Shown here: piece by piece, positions 18,913 to 29,781 of the stretch | Numbering within the stretch: position 1 is the first letter of the stretch | Layout: each line of letters begins with the position of its first letter | From: Gemmatimonadota bacterium | GTDB lineage: Bacteria > Gemmatimonadota > Gemmatimonadetes > Gemmatimonadales > GWC2-71-9 | DNA length: 64,000 nucleotides | Assembly (NCBI GenBank): GCA_036679645.1 | Contig: JAZDCY010000016.1 | Coordinates: forward strand, 97,615-161,614 | Direction of reading: 5' to 3' | Notes under the pieces: model-generated | What the model was told of the DNA's origin: nothing | The model's database searches: none | The model's input: only the letters and a program-made list of their open reading frames with translations | Program-made: the position numbers and the translations under genes

Positions 18913-20214
18913 ATGAGCCTGTGGTCCCAAGCATCCGCCGCTGCCGCCAAGACGCCGGAGACGCGCAACCGCTATGTCGATTTCCTGCGTGCCGTCTCGA
19001 TCCTCGCCGTCATCTCCGGTCACTGGCTCGTCGCTGCGCCGTACGTGGGTCCCGACGGCCAGCTCAGTCTCCCAAACCTGTTGGCGCGCCAGCCGTGGAC
19101 ACAGTGGCTCACCTGGGCCTTCCAGGTGATGCCCGTTTTTTTCTTTGTCGGCGGTTACTCGAACGGAGTTTCCTGGAATGCGGCGATGCGCGATGGCCGC
19201 GGCTACTCAAGCTGGCTGGACGCACGGCTGCAACGACTCATCGGTCCCGTCTTGCCTCTCATCGTCGTGTGGGCGGTGTTGGCGATCGTTGCCACGCAGA
19301 TGGGTGCGAGGCCGGAGATGACCAAGGTCGGATCCCAACTCGCCCTCATTCCCATCTGGTTTCTCGCGGTTTACATAATGGCCGTACTGCTGGTCCCGCT
19401 TACGTACGCGGCCTGGCGGCGGTATGGGCTCATCTCGTTTGGCGTGCTCGTGGGCTTGGCACTCGCGGACGACGTGCTGTTCTTCGCCGCGGACGTCCGG
19501 GCAGTCGGTTGGATCAACTACGGGTTCATCTGGCTAGCGGTACATCAGCTTGGCTACGCGTGGCGTGATGGACAGCTCAAGGGTGGCGCGAAAGCGCTGC
19601 CGTGGGCAATTGGTGGGCTGGCGCTGCTCCTCGGGCTCGTCTTTCTGGGACCGTATCCGTTGGCCATGGTCAGTGTGCCCGGTGACGAGATCAGCAACAC
19701 GCTGCCGCCCAAGCTCCCCATGCTCGCGCTTGGCGTGACCCAGATCGGTCTCATGTTGACGCTCGAAGCGCCAATGCGACGTTGGCTCACGCGTCCGGCG
19801 CCCTGGACCGCGACTGTACTCGTGAACGGCATGATCATGACCATCTTTCTGTGGCACCTCACGTCTTCCACCCTCATCATCGGCAGTGCACTGCAGATGG
19901 GGAACGTCGGCCTAGCCGTGGAACCGGGCACCGGGTTGTGGTGGGCGCTGCGCCCAGCGTGGATCGTGAGTTACCTGATCGGGCTTGCGATGCTGGCTCT
20001 CGCGTTCAGCCGGTTCGAGCGAGGCGGTGCTGGGGTGGCCGCCGCTGCCTGGCGGTTGGTCGGTGGCGCCGTTCTCGTGGGACTAGGGCTCGCGTTGCTG
20101 GCGCTGAACGGCGTGGGAGGCGATGGCTGGTTCGGGCTGCGCCTGTGGGTGGTCGCTATGCCGTTCGTCGGTGCGCTGGTAGCGGGTGTGAATCCGCTCA
20201 TGTCGCGTGCGTGA
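18913..20214 (+). CDS. Acyltransferase family 3 membrane protein
   Basis: RNRYVDFLRAVSILAVISGHWL; QVMPVFFFVGGY; about 10 TM helices. Confidence 0.88.
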   Translation: MSLWSQASAAAAKTPETRNRYVDFLRAVSILAVISGHWLVAAPYVGPDGQLSLPNLLARQPWTQWLTWAFQVMPVFFFVGGYSNGVSWNAAMRDGRGYSSWLDARLQRLIGPVLPLIVVWAVLAIVATQMGARPEMTKVGSQLALIPIWFLAVYIMAVLLVPLTYAAWRRYGLISFGVLVGLALADDVLFFAADVRAVGWINYGFIWLAVHQLGYAWRDGQLKGGAKALPWAIGGLALLLGLVFLGPYPLAMVSVPGDEISNTLPPKLPMLALGVTQIGLMLTLEAPMRRWLTRPAPWTATVLVNGMIMTIFLWHLTSSTLIIGSALQMGNVGLAVEPGTGLWWALRPAWIVSYLIGLAMLALAFSRFERGGAGVAAAAWRLVGGAVLVGLGLALLALNGVGGDGWFGLRLWVVAMPFVGALVAGVNPLMSRA

Positions 20215-20288
20215 CACACCGTTTCCTTCGACTACTCCACGGCAATAGCGTACCGCTCGACTCCTGATTCCATTTGGGAAGACAATCC

Positions 20289-23147
20289 ATGATGATCGTG
20301 CTGCGTTTCCTCTGTTTGTTGCTCGTCGCCGGCCCGTTGACGACCGTGGCGGCGCAGTCGATTCCTTCTCCGGAACGACACTTCGGTCACGTCATCGGGG
20401 CCGATCGACGACTCGTCGATTGGGATGGCATTGGCGAGTACATGCGCCTCGTCGGTGCGCGGTCGGATCGTGTCAACGTCCGCGAGATGGGGCAGACCAC
20501 CCTCGGTCGTCCGTTCCTCTTGCTCGAGATCTCGAGCCCCAGCACCATTGCGAACATCGATCGCTACAAGCGGCTGCAGCAGCGGCTGTACTTCCAGGAT
20601 CACCGACCGGGAGAGGACCCGGATGCCGCCCACAGCACGCGCGAGCGTGAGGAGATTTTCCGTGACCACAAGGCCGTCGTTCTAATTACCGCAACGATCC
20701 ACTCGACCGAGGTCGGGGCTGCGCAGATGAGCCTCGAGCTGGTGTACCGTCTCGCGACGGACAACAGCCCCAGGACGCGGAAGATTCTCGACAACACGAT
20801 CTTCCTGCTCGTGCCGAGTCTCAATCCGGACGGTCAGGACATGGTTGTGGAGTGGTACGACCGGCACGTGGCGAGCGAGTACGAGGCGGGATCGATGCCG
20901 TGGTTGTACCACGCGTATGTGGGCCATGACAACAACCGCGACATGTACATGTACTCGCAGCAGGAGACGCGTTTGATCGGGCAGGTGCTGTATGAGGAGT
21001 GGTTCCCGTCCATCTGGTTGGACGAACACCAGATGGGATCTACGGGCCCGCGCATCTTCACCATGCCGGCTACCGATCCCATCAACCCCAACGTGCACCC
21101 TTTGATCTACACGCTGAATGGCTTATACGGGCAGGCGCAGGCCGCTGCGCTCGAGGCCGCAGGCAAGGTCGGCATAGCCTACGACTACGTTTACACCAAC
21201 TTCTGGCCCGGCGCGATGGCATGGACCGGATGGTGGCACAACCAGGTGGGCATGCTCACCGAGGTGGCCAGCGTGCGCATCGCGACGCCCACCGAACAGG
21301 ATACGCAGCCGCTTGGTGTGCGGCAGACCGGGCCCCGACGCCGCGGAGACTTCGAGCCTGGCGAACCATTGCCAAGGCCGCGCGACACGCAGTCCCGCAC
21401 GAGTTACCCCCGGCCGTGGCTTGGCGGCACGTGGACCCTGCGCGACATCGTGGACTACGAGTTGATCGTCTCGATGGCGTTGCTAGAGACGGCGGCAGAC
21501 ACGCGCGACCAGTTGCTGCGACAGATCTACGAGGTCAACCGGTCGACCATTCGAGAGTTCATGGACGGGCAGCCCGACGAGCCGGAGAACGGCTACGGAG
21601 CGGTATCGCAGTCGGCCGGCGACCGTCCACCCGCGACGGGTCGGGTCTTTGCAGGCGCGGGTGGCGCGGCGGGAACACCGTACGCTGTTCTCATCGATCC
21701 CAACCAGCACGATCCACCGACCGTCGCGAAGATGTTGCAAACGCTCGAGCGTGGCGGCGTGATCGTGGAACGCGCGCGCTCGGCGTTCGATGCTGGCGAC
21801 GAGCGGCACAGTGCGGGGACGTATGTGATCCGACTCGCGCAGGTGTTCGGCCGCTACGCCAAAGAGATGCTGGAGACACAGACGTATCCGGAGGTGCGTG
21901 CCACACCGGAATCACCCCCGGCACCGCCCTACGACGTCACCGCGTGGTCACTCGGCATGCAGATGGGGGTGGAGGTCACATTCGTCGACCAACCGTTTGA
22001 TGCGTCCCTCGACGTAGTAGACGGCATTCCGCTCCCCACGGGGCGTGTCGACGGTAGCGGATCCACGTTCGTCATGCCGGCGTCGTACAACGATGCTTTT
22101 GCTGTGGCCAATGAGTTGTGGGATGCTCAGACGCGGATCCGGCGAACCGCCGAGACCTTCACCGGCCCACTCGGAAGTCGAGTCGGTCCTGGGGCTTGGG
22201 TGATCGACGGAGTGTCGCGCGAGCGCATGGCCGCGCTGGCGGAGCGTTACGGATTGGTCGTAAGCGTGATGCCCGAGGCTCCGGCGACGCGGATGGTCGA
22301 TGTGCGCAAGCCCCGCATTGCCGTGTATCAGCCGTGGGGATCCAATATGGACGAGGGGTGGACGCGGTGGTTGCTCGAGAAGTACGGTTTTGCGTACACA
22401 ACGCTGCATCCCCAGGATCTGCGGGCGGCGGGCACGGCTGAGGGCGTAGATCTCGAGATTCCCAATGATGTGCGGGAGCACTGGCCAGCCTTCGTCGCCG
22501 ACCGGGCTCCTACGCAGATCGAATATGCGCCGCTTGCCGAACGTTTCGACGTGGTGCTGTTCACGCACCAGAGCTCGAGCAGCATTCTCGAGGGTAGTGA
22601 TGCCAGCACCACGCCGCCCGTCTACCGGGGAGGGATAGGCGAGGAGGGACTCGCCGCGCTGCGCGCGTTTGTCGACGCGGGCGGCACTCTGGTGGCGATG
22701 GGGGCCGCCACCGAGTTGCTCATCGAGCAGTGGCCCATTCCGGTCAAGAACGTCGCGGGCGAGCTGGAGACCGACGAGTTTCTGATCCCCGGCTCGATCC
22801 TGAACCTCCAGACGGACCCAACGCACCCGCTCGCGTGGGGGATGCCGCGCACGTCGTACGGGTATTTCATCCGCAGTCCCTTCTTTGCGCTCACCGACGG
22901 GTTTGCCAGCCAGACCACGACGGTCGCCGTTCGCTATCCGAACACGGGACTGCGCGCGTCGGGATGGCTGCGCGGCGGAGAGCACCTCGCCGGCCGCGCG
23001 GCCGCCGTTCAGGTGGACTTCGCTCCCGTGAGCGCCGGAGAACGTGGTGGTCGCATGGTTCTGCTGGGTCTGCGTCCGCAGCACCGGGTGCAGACACACG
23101 CCACCTTCAAGCTGTTGTTCAACGCGCTCGTTCCCAGCGATCGCTAG
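20289..23147 (+). CDS. Secreted M14 family zinc carboxypeptidase-like protein
   Basis: Signal peptide; IHSTE (HxxE), PSLNPDG, HDNNRD, DEHQMG; C-terminal GATase-like region (MDEGWTRWLLE). Confidence 0.88.
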   Translation: MMIVLRFLCLLLVAGPLTTVAAQSIPSPERHFGHVIGADRRLVDWDGIGEYMRLVGARSDRVNVREMGQTTLGRPFLLLEISSPSTIANIDRYKRLQQRLYFQDHRPGEDPDAAHSTREREEIFRDHKAVVLITATIHSTEVGAAQMSLELVYRLATDNSPRTRKILDNTIFLLVPSLNPDGQDMVVEWYDRHVASEYEAGSMPWLYHAYVGHDNNRDMYMYSQQETRLIGQVLYEEWFPSIWLDEHQMGSTGPRIFTMPATDPINPNVHPLIYTLNGLYGQAQAAALEAAGKVGIAYDYVYTNFWPGAMAWTGWWHNQVGMLTEVASVRIATPTEQDTQPLGVRQTGPRRRGDFEPGEPLPRPRDTQSRTSYPRPWLGGTWTLRDIVDYELIVSMALLETAADTRDQLLRQIYEVNRSTIREFMDGQPDEPENGYGAVSQSAGDRPPATGRVFAGAGGAAGTPYAVLIDPNQHDPPTVAKMLQTLERGGVIVERARSAFDAGDERHSAGTYVIRLAQVFGRYAKEMLETQTYPEVRATPESPPAPPYDVTAWSLGMQMGVEVTFVDQPFDASLDVVDGIPLPTGRVDGSGSTFVMPASYNDAFAVANELWDAQTRIRRTAETFTGPLGSRVGPGAWVIDGVSRERMAALAERYGLVVSVMPEAPATRMVDVRKPRIAVYQPWGSNMDEGWTRWLLEKYGFAYTTLHPQDLRAAGTAEGVDLEIPNDVREHWPAFVADRAPTQIEYAPLAERFDVVLFTHQSSSSILEGSDASTTPPVYRGGIGEEGLAALRAFVDAGGTLVAMGAATELLIEQWPIPVKNVAGELETDEFLIPGSILNLQTDPTHPLAWGMPRTSYGYFIRSPFFALTDGFASQTTTVAVRYPNTGLRASGWLRGGEHLAGRAAAVQVDFAPVSAGERGGRMVLLGLRPQHRVQTHATFKLLFNALVPSDR

Positions 23148-23236
23148 GGGTGCCGGAGGGTATGCGCTCGCCGGCCTGAGCCGGCAGCGTCGAGAAACTC
23201 GCGCGGCGGCAGACCGCGACACATCTTAGGCCGTAT

Positions 23237-25657
23237 ATGCCGGACCCAACCGCCCGATTGAGGACCGCCCTGGCGGACCAATACCGCATCGAGCGAGAAC
23301 TCGGTGTGGGCAGCATGGCCACCGTGTATCTAGCGGAGGACTTGAAGCACCACCGCAAGGTCGCGGTCAAGGTGTTACGGTCGGATCTTGCAGCGACGCT
23401 CGGAGCCGAGCGGTTCCTGCGCGAGATCGAGATCGCAGCTCAGCTCCAGCATCCGCACATTCTGATGCTCATCGACTCCGGTGAAGTAGATGGGTTCCTC
23501 TACTATGTCATGCCCTTCGTTGACGGTGTCTCGGTGCGCGACAAACTCTCCGCAGGGACCGAGATCCCCATGTCGGAGGTCCTGGAGATCCTGTGCGATC
23601 TGACCGAGGCGCTTGCCTACGCGCACCAGCAAGGCGTGGTCCACCGTGACGTGAAGCCGGACAACATTCTGGTCTCCCGCGGCAATGCCGTCGTCACCGA
23701 CTTCGGGCTCGCGAAAGCCGTGAGCGAGGCGACCGGTCCTCAGAACATGACGAGAGCCGGCATCGCGCTCGGGACACCCCCTTATATGGCCCCCGAACAG
23801 GCCACGGCAGATCCGAACACCGATCACCGCGCCGACATCTACGCAGTGGGCTGCGTCGCCTACGAATTGCTGACAGGCAAACCGCCGTTCGTCGGCCCCA
23901 ACGCGCAGGTGATCCTCGCCGCGCACATGACGGAGACGCCCGAGCCGGTGACGGCGCGTCGCGTCGGCGTCCCGACCGCGCTTGCCAACATCGTGATGAA
24001 GTGCCTGGAGAAGAAGCCGGAAGACCGATTCCAAAGTACCGACGAACTACTGATCCAACTTCGGGCGCTGCGGTCGTCGAGTGGGGCCATCCTGGCGACC
24101 GATGCAATGCCGGCGATATCGAGCAGTGGCTTCTGGGCGCGTCGCAAGGTCGTGGCGACGACCACGGCAGTGGCTATCGCCATCGTGGCTCTTGCGGCGT
24201 GGTTCGTTACGGGGTTTGGCGATGAGAGCGCGGGCGGAGACGACGACGGAATTCGCAGCCTCGCGGTGTTGCCGTTCGCCGATCTCAGCCCGGAGCGAGA
24301 CCAGGAGTACCTCGGTGACGGCATTGCAGAAACGCTGATCGGTACGTTGTCGAGACTCGAGGGACTCCGGGTTGCTGCCCGCACGTCGGCGTTCTCGTTC
24401 AAGGGAAGAAACGAGGACGTGCGCACGATTGGCAAACAGCTCGGCGTTTCGGCTGTGCTCGAGGGGACCGTGCAGCGCAGCGGCAACCGCATTCGCATCA
24501 CCGCGCAGTTGATCGACGCCGAGGACGGGTTCCACATCTGGTCGCAGACATACGATCGCGACATGGATGACGTGTTCGCGGTCCAGGACGAGGTGACGCA
24601 GTCGGTAGTGCGGGCACTCCAGGTTGAACTCATGGGCGATACGGCCGAGTCCGTCGAAACCCACGCTACCGAGAACGTCGAGGCGTATAGCGCCTATCTC
24701 CTCGGGCGGTTTCACTGGAATCAGCGCACCGGCCCGGCTATCGACTCGGCGGCGACGTACTTCGCGCGCGCGCTCGAGATGGACTCCAGTTACGGAAAGG
24801 CGTGGAGCGGGCTCGCCGAGACGTACGTGCTTTTTCCCCAGTACCTCCCCGGTGTCCTGCCGACGGACGAGGCACTCGACCGGGCCGAGCGGGCAGCCCG
24901 TCGTGCCATCGCCCTCGACCAAACGATCGCGGCGCCACACGCGACGCTCGGGGCCCTGTACCAACAGAAGCGGGAGTTCGGCCGGGCGCGGCAGGCTTAC
25001 GAGCAAGCGGTGACGGTGGAGCCCGGCTACGCCACGGGCCACCAGTGGTACGCGACCTACCTGATCATCATGGGCGAGACGGCCGAAGCGGTGGCGCACA
25101 TGCGGCACGCCGCGACGCTCGATCCCCTGTCGCAGATCATCGCGGTATGGCTCGCGACCGCGCTGGATGCCGACGGTCAGCCGGCGGCGGCGGGCGAGCA
25201 GTACGAACGTACGCTACGGCTCAATCCGGACGCGTGGCGCATCCACCGCGACGCGTGGATGCACCATCTCCGCCTGTCCAACTTCGAGCAGTCCGGCACG
25301 CATCTGGTTCGGATGTTCGAGATCGCCGGAGAGCCCACCACGACGGCGGCGCAGTGGCAACAGCGCGTTGTCGATCCTGCGACGCGCGCGGCCGCGCTTC
25401 CCAAGATCGTGGACTCGGTGCTGCCGGCCCTGTCCGCGGCGTCGCCCGTCGTCGTCCTGTGGGGCTTGGTACCGATGAAAGCCGAGGTCCTGGGTCTTCT
25501 AGGGGATACCGATCGCGCGCTCGACCTGCTCGAGCAGGCGTACGGCGATCCCCAAAGCGACGAGGAGGTGCTACCCCTGCTCACGTTCGTGCTCAACCCC
25601 GCGCTCCGCGACCACCCGCGGTTCACCGCGCTGCTTCGCAACGTTGGGGTGCGGTAA
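23237..25657 (+). CDS. Membrane Ser/Thr kinase with TolB-like and TPR domains (complete kinase domain)
   Basis: LGVGSMA, VAVK, alphaC Glu (REIE), HRDVKPDN, TDFG, GTPPYMAPE; TM helix; SLAVLPFADLS; TPRs. Confidence 0.93.
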   Translation: MPDPTARLRTALADQYRIERELGVGSMATVYLAEDLKHHRKVAVKVLRSDLAATLGAERFLREIEIAAQLQHPHILMLIDSGEVDGFLYYVMPFVDGVSVRDKLSAGTEIPMSEVLEILCDLTEALAYAHQQGVVHRDVKPDNILVSRGNAVVTDFGLAKAVSEATGPQNMTRAGIALGTPPYMAPEQATADPNTDHRADIYAVGCVAYELLTGKPPFVGPNAQVILAAHMTETPEPVTARRVGVPTALANIVMKCLEKKPEDRFQSTDELLIQLRALRSSSGAILATDAMPAISSSGFWARRKVVATTTAVAIAIVALAAWFVTGFGDESAGGDDDGIRSLAVLPFADLSPERDQEYLGDGIAETLIGTLSRLEGLRVAARTSAFSFKGRNEDVRTIGKQLGVSAVLEGTVQRSGNRIRITAQLIDAEDGFHIWSQTYDRDMDDVFAVQDEVTQSVVRALQVELMGDTAESVETHATENVEAYSAYLLGRFHWNQRTGPAIDSAATYFARALEMDSSYGKAWSGLAETYVLFPQYLPGVLPTDEALDRAERAARRAIALDQTIAAPHATLGALYQQKREFGRARQAYEQAVTVEPGYATGHQWYATYLIIMGETAEAVAHMRHAATLDPLSQIIAVWLATALDADGQPAAAGEQYERTLRLNPDAWRIHRDAWMHHLRLSNFEQSGTHLVRMFEIAGEPTTTAAQWQQRVVDPATRAAALPKIVDSVLPALSAASPVVVLWGLVPMKAEVLGLLGDTDRALDLLEQAYGDPQSDEEVLPLLTFVLNPALRDHPRFTALLRNVGVR

Positions 25658-25663
25658 CCGCGG

Positions 25664-28024
25664 ATGTCCGATACCGATCGTCTCAGGACTGCGCTCGCGG
25701 ACCAATACCGCATCGAGCGGGAACTCGGAAGCGGTGGCATGGCGACCGTCTACCTCGCCGAAGACCTGAAGCATCACCGTAAGGTGGCGGTGAAGGTATT
25801 GCGGTCCGACATCGCCGCCTCGCTCGGCGCCGACCGCTTCCTGCGCGAGATCGAGATCGCCGCCCAGCTGCAACACCCGCACATCCTGATGGTCGACGGC
25901 GAATCGCTGCGCGATCGGTTGGCACGAGAGACCGAACTCCCAGTCGCCGAGGCGGTGCGGATTCTGCGTGACGTGGTGGATGCGCTATCGCACGCGCACG
26001 AACACGGTGTCGTGCACCGCGACATCAAGCCCGACAACATCATGCTCTCGGGGAACCACGCGGTGGTGACGGACTTCGGTGTGGCCAAGGCGGTGAGCGA
26101 GGCGACGGGTCGCCAGAACATCACGACGGCGGGCGTGGCACTCGGCACCCCGACGTACATGGCGCCGGAACAGGCGTCGGCGGATCCGCACATCGACCAT
26201 CGCGCCGACATCTACGCGGTGGGCACCGTGGCGTACGAGCTGTTGACCGGCCGGCCGCCGTTCGCCGGGAAGACCGCGCAGGGCGTGTTGGCCGCGCACG
26301 TCATGGAGGCGCCCGAACACGTCTCTACACACCGTCCCGCGGTATCCCCGACCCTCGCCGACGTCGTGATGAAGTGTCTGGAAAAGAAGCCGGCCGATCG
26401 CTTTCAGACGACCGGAGAGTTACTCGGCCGGCTGGAAGGCCTCGCGACACCGAGCGGTGGCATGGAACCCACGGCTGCGCGCTCTGCCGTCTCTGGAGCT
26501 TTGACCGCGCCTCGCAAGAAGTTTGCCACCATAAGCGCGATCGCCGTGTTCGCGATCGCCGCCGTGTTCTGGTTCGGAACCGGTCGCGGTAGTGGCACAG
26601 CGAATACGGGCGACGACGGACCGGAGCGTCTCGCCGTGCTCCTGTTCCAGAACCTGAGTCGCGACGAAGACGACCAGTACTTCACCGACGGCATCACGCA
26701 GGACATCAGTGTCCAGTTGTCCAAGGTCGGTGCCTTTCGGGTGACGGCGCACGGCTCGGCGAGCCGGTTCCAAAGCGGCGAAACCGACTATCGTGAAGCC
26801 GCCACGGCGCTCAATGCCGACTACCTGGTCGACGGGTCCGTGCGGCGAGCCGGCGATCGCATCCGCATATCGGTGAGCCTCGTTGACCCCTCAACGGGCG
26901 ACCAACTCTGGGCGGAAGACTACAACCGAGACCTCTCTGCCTCGGGGATCTTCGCCATTCAGCAGGACGTCGCCCGTCAGGTTGCTAGTGCCCTGGATGC
27001 TACGCTCTCCCCGAGCGAGGAGGGCGACGTTGCAGCCTTACCTACAAGCAACCTCGACGCGTACAACGCATACCTGCGTGGCCGGTTCTTTTGGAACCGC
27101 CGGACAGAGGAATCGCTTCTTCAGGCGATCGCACTGTTCGAGCGGGCGATCGCACTAGACTCCGAGTACGCGTGGGCATACTCCGGGCTGGCCGATTCAT
27201 ACATCCTCCTCCCGTGGTACGGATTCCTGGAACCGAGTGAAGCGGCCGCGCGCGCGCGTGCGGCGGCCGAACGAGCCATTGCGCTCGACAGCACACTTGC
27301 GGCGGCGTTCACCTCGATCGCGTTTGTACGTGCGACGTATGACTGGGATTGGATTGGTGCGGAGGTAGCGTACCGGCGCGCGATCCAACTCAACCCCGGT
27401 TATGCGACCGCCCATCAATGGTATGGGGGGCTGCTGTTCGCTGTGGGCCGCCACGACGAAGGGCTGGCTGAGCTGTGGCGCGCTCGCGACTATGATCCGA
27501 TTGCTCCGATCATCAACGCCAACCTCGCTCAGTTCCTGGTGATTGCGGGAAGGTCAGAGGAAGCAATCACGCAGCTCGAGCAATTGGCGGAAGTCGACTC
27601 GACCTTTCAGACGAGCACAATGGGGTGGCCATACTTCGACCTTGGGATGTATGCCGAAGCAGCAGCGGCATTCGAAGAAGGCGACGCCCCCGCGGAGGCC
27701 GCCCATGCCTATGCGAGGTTGGGTGACACGGATCGGGCCCGCGAGTTGGTGGCGGAGATCCGGAAGGACGCACAAGAGAGACTGGCAGAGGGACGCTGGT
27801 ATTCGTTCGTGTTGTTGGCCGAAGCGGCCGCGGCACTCGGCGACACAACGCAAATGTTTGACTGGCTCGAACAAGCCGTTGAGGCTCGCGACCCACGCTT
27901 GGCCTATCTCGGGATACAGTTGCCAACGTTTGCCCCGATGCGGGGACACCCACGCTATGCGGAGATCATGAGGCTGACCGGGCGCGCGCCTGACGGTACT
28001 CCCCTCGTGAGCGACAACAACTAG
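25664..28024 (+). CDS. Membrane Ser/Thr kinase-like protein (TolB-like/TPR) with a 17-aa in-frame N-lobe deletion
   Basis: HPHILM-VDGESLR lacks LIDSGExDGFLYYVMPF present in the paralogs; HRDIKPDN, DFG and APE retained; rest of the ORF intact. Confidence 0.88.
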   Translation: MSDTDRLRTALADQYRIERELGSGGMATVYLAEDLKHHRKVAVKVLRSDIAASLGADRFLREIEIAAQLQHPHILMVDGESLRDRLARETELPVAEAVRILRDVVDALSHAHEHGVVHRDIKPDNIMLSGNHAVVTDFGVAKAVSEATGRQNITTAGVALGTPTYMAPEQASADPHIDHRADIYAVGTVAYELLTGRPPFAGKTAQGVLAAHVMEAPEHVSTHRPAVSPTLADVVMKCLEKKPADRFQTTGELLGRLEGLATPSGGMEPTAARSAVSGALTAPRKKFATISAIAVFAIAAVFWFGTGRGSGTANTGDDGPERLAVLLFQNLSRDEDDQYFTDGITQDISVQLSKVGAFRVTAHGSASRFQSGETDYREAATALNADYLVDGSVRRAGDRIRISVSLVDPSTGDQLWAEDYNRDLSASGIFAIQQDVARQVASALDATLSPSEEGDVAALPTSNLDAYNAYLRGRFFWNRRTEESLLQAIALFERAIALDSEYAWAYSGLADSYILLPWYGFLEPSEAAARARAAAERAIALDSTLAAAFTSIAFVRATYDWDWIGAEVAYRRAIQLNPGYATAHQWYGGLLFAVGRHDEGLAELWRARDYDPIAPIINANLAQFLVIAGRSEEAITQLEQLAEVDSTFQTSTMGWPYFDLGMYAEAAAAFEEGDAPAEAAHAYARLGDTDRARELVAEIRKDAQERLAEGRWYSFVLLAEAAAALGDTTQMFDWLEQAVEARDPRLAYLGIQLPTFAPMRGHPRYAEIMRLTGRAPDGTPLVSDNN

Positions 28025-28035
28025 GAGCAGTGGGA

Positions 28036-28281
28036 ATGGGATTTCGCAGATTCGTCGATCGAGATGGCCGAGGGTGGGACGTGAAGGACCGCTCGGACTA
28101 CGAGTGGACGTTCGAGCCCGAGCCGGGCAACCCTGCGAGTGCCGTTAACGTCCCGGCCCCCGGGCACCAGAAAGATCCGTTCGAATTGAGCATCGAAGAA
28201 CTCCAGGGCATGCTCGACGATGCAGGGCCGGCGGATCGACCGAGCCGGTCGAAGAAGCAATCGCCGTTTATGGATGCCTGA
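28036..28281 (+). CDS. Small hypothetical protein (81 aa)
   Basis: ATG 28036 with AGGAG 8 nt upstream; RRFVDRDGRGWDV...DPFELSIEELQGML. Confidence 0.72.
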   Translation: MGFRRFVDRDGRGWDVKDRSDYEWTFEPEPGNPASAVNVPAPGHQKDPFELSIEELQGMLDDAGPADRPSRSKKQSPFMDA

Positions 28282-28319
28282 CCGTGCAGCGTGCAGCGTT
28301 GCTACGAGGAGGTAGTCGA

Positions 28320-29753
28320 GTGATAGTGAGACAAAACCGATGTGTTGTGGGACTCGTCGCGCTGCTTGCGTTAGCCGGGTTCGCACGTGCGATACATGCA
28401 CAAGATGTGTGGACCACGGAAGAGCGCGAGCATGCGGCGGCGTGGGGTGCGCATTTTCTCTGCGCGGGGCTCTTCGTGGTTGGACGCGATATCCAGCGCG
28501 ATCCGGAGACCGTCGTGGCGCGGGACATCGCCTGGTTCCCGCCGTTCCGGTGGGAGGAATCCTTCGAGTACTCGGTCGACTGGGATACCAAGCTCGTAAC
28601 CGTGACAGCTCCCGGGGCCGCGACGCGGACGGCGCGCTACTACGGCGATCAGGGTTGCGTCATTCACGCCCGTGGCTCGACGGAGATTCACTTCGAGCCC
28701 GTACACGTTGCCTCGACGTTGCCAGATGCCGCGACCCAACCGTGGCCCATGGGAGACTTGGATCGCTTCGCACCGCTTCCCGAAGGCGCGGACGCGCAGG
28801 CGTTCAACGACACCCTCGACTGGGCAATGAACGAGGCGGGACAGAATACGCGCGCGCTCATCGTGATCTATCGGGGTAAGGTGATCGCCGAGCGTTTCGC
28901 CCAGGGGTTCACCGCGCATACACCGCAGATCGGTTGGTCACAGGGGAAGAGCATCGCCGCAGCGCTCACGGGTGTGCTTGTGCAACAGGGCGAGCTGGAA
29001 CTGATGCAACCGGCTCCCGTGCCAGAATGGCGCGAGGATACACACGACCCGCGTCGGGAGATCCTGATCCGCGACCTGCTCCACATGAGCAGTGGGCTCG
29101 ATTTCCTCAACCTCGGCATCTCCGATCCGCGGTCGTACACGAGCGCCAACGAGCACTTCTTCATCTACTTCGACGCGCCCAACGTGTTCGATCATGCCGT
29201 CAATCAACCCATGGACATCGGACCGAACGAACAGTTCCGTTATCGCAACAGCGATCCATTGACGCTCATGCGGATCGCCAGAGAGATCGTGGAGGCGCGC
29301 GGTGAGAGTTTCCTCGAGTTTCCGCGCAAGCACTTCTTCGATCGCATTGGCATCCGCAACGCGGTGCTGGAGACCGACACGTTCGGCAATTTCATCATCA
29401 CCGGCTACGATTTCCTTAGCGCGCACGACTGGGCACGATTCGGTCTGCTGCACCTGTGGGGCGGCGTATGGCAGGGCGAGCGCATCCTCCCTGAGGGGTG
29501 GGTCGACTTCATCAGCACGCCGACCGAGACCGACCCTCGCCAGAGCTACGGCGGTCTCTTCTGGGTGAACGCCGGCGGTAGGTTCCCCGACATTCCGCGC
29601 GACGCCTACACGCCCGCCGGTTTCATGGGACAGAACACGATGATCATCCCGTCGCTCGACATGATCGTCGTGCGTCTTGGGCCGAGCCCCGGGCGGTCGA
29701 ACCAGTATCTCAATCGCGTCGTCGGCGGCATCATAGAGGCGTTGGGTCTCTAG
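28320..29753 (+). CDS. Serine hydrolase (beta-lactamase class C-like)
   Basis: SxxK (WSQGKS), LLHMSSGL, FRYRN, ARFGLLHL, IIPSLDMIVVRLG; signal peptide; SD GAGGAGGT before GTG 28320. Confidence 0.88.
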   Translation: MIVRQNRCVVGLVALLALAGFARAIHAQDVWTTEEREHAAAWGAHFLCAGLFVVGRDIQRDPETVVARDIAWFPPFRWEESFEYSVDWDTKLVTVTAPGAATRTARYYGDQGCVIHARGSTEIHFEPVHVASTLPDAATQPWPMGDLDRFAPLPEGADAQAFNDTLDWAMNEAGQNTRALIVIYRGKVIAERFAQGFTAHTPQIGWSQGKSIAAALTGVLVQQGELELMQPAPVPEWREDTHDPRREILIRDLLHMSSGLDFLNLGISDPRSYTSANEHFFIYFDAPNVFDHAVNQPMDIGPNEQFRYRNSDPLTLMRIAREIVEARGESFLEFPRKHFFDRIGIRNAVLETDTFGNFIITGYDFLSAHDWARFGLLHLWGGVWQGERILPEGWVDFISTPTETDPRQSYGGLFWVNAGGRFPDIPRDAYTPAGFMGQNTMIIPSLDMIVVRLGPSPGRSNQYLNRVVGGIIEALGL

Positions 29754-29781
29754 TCCACCCGACAACAGTCGAGCCCGAACA

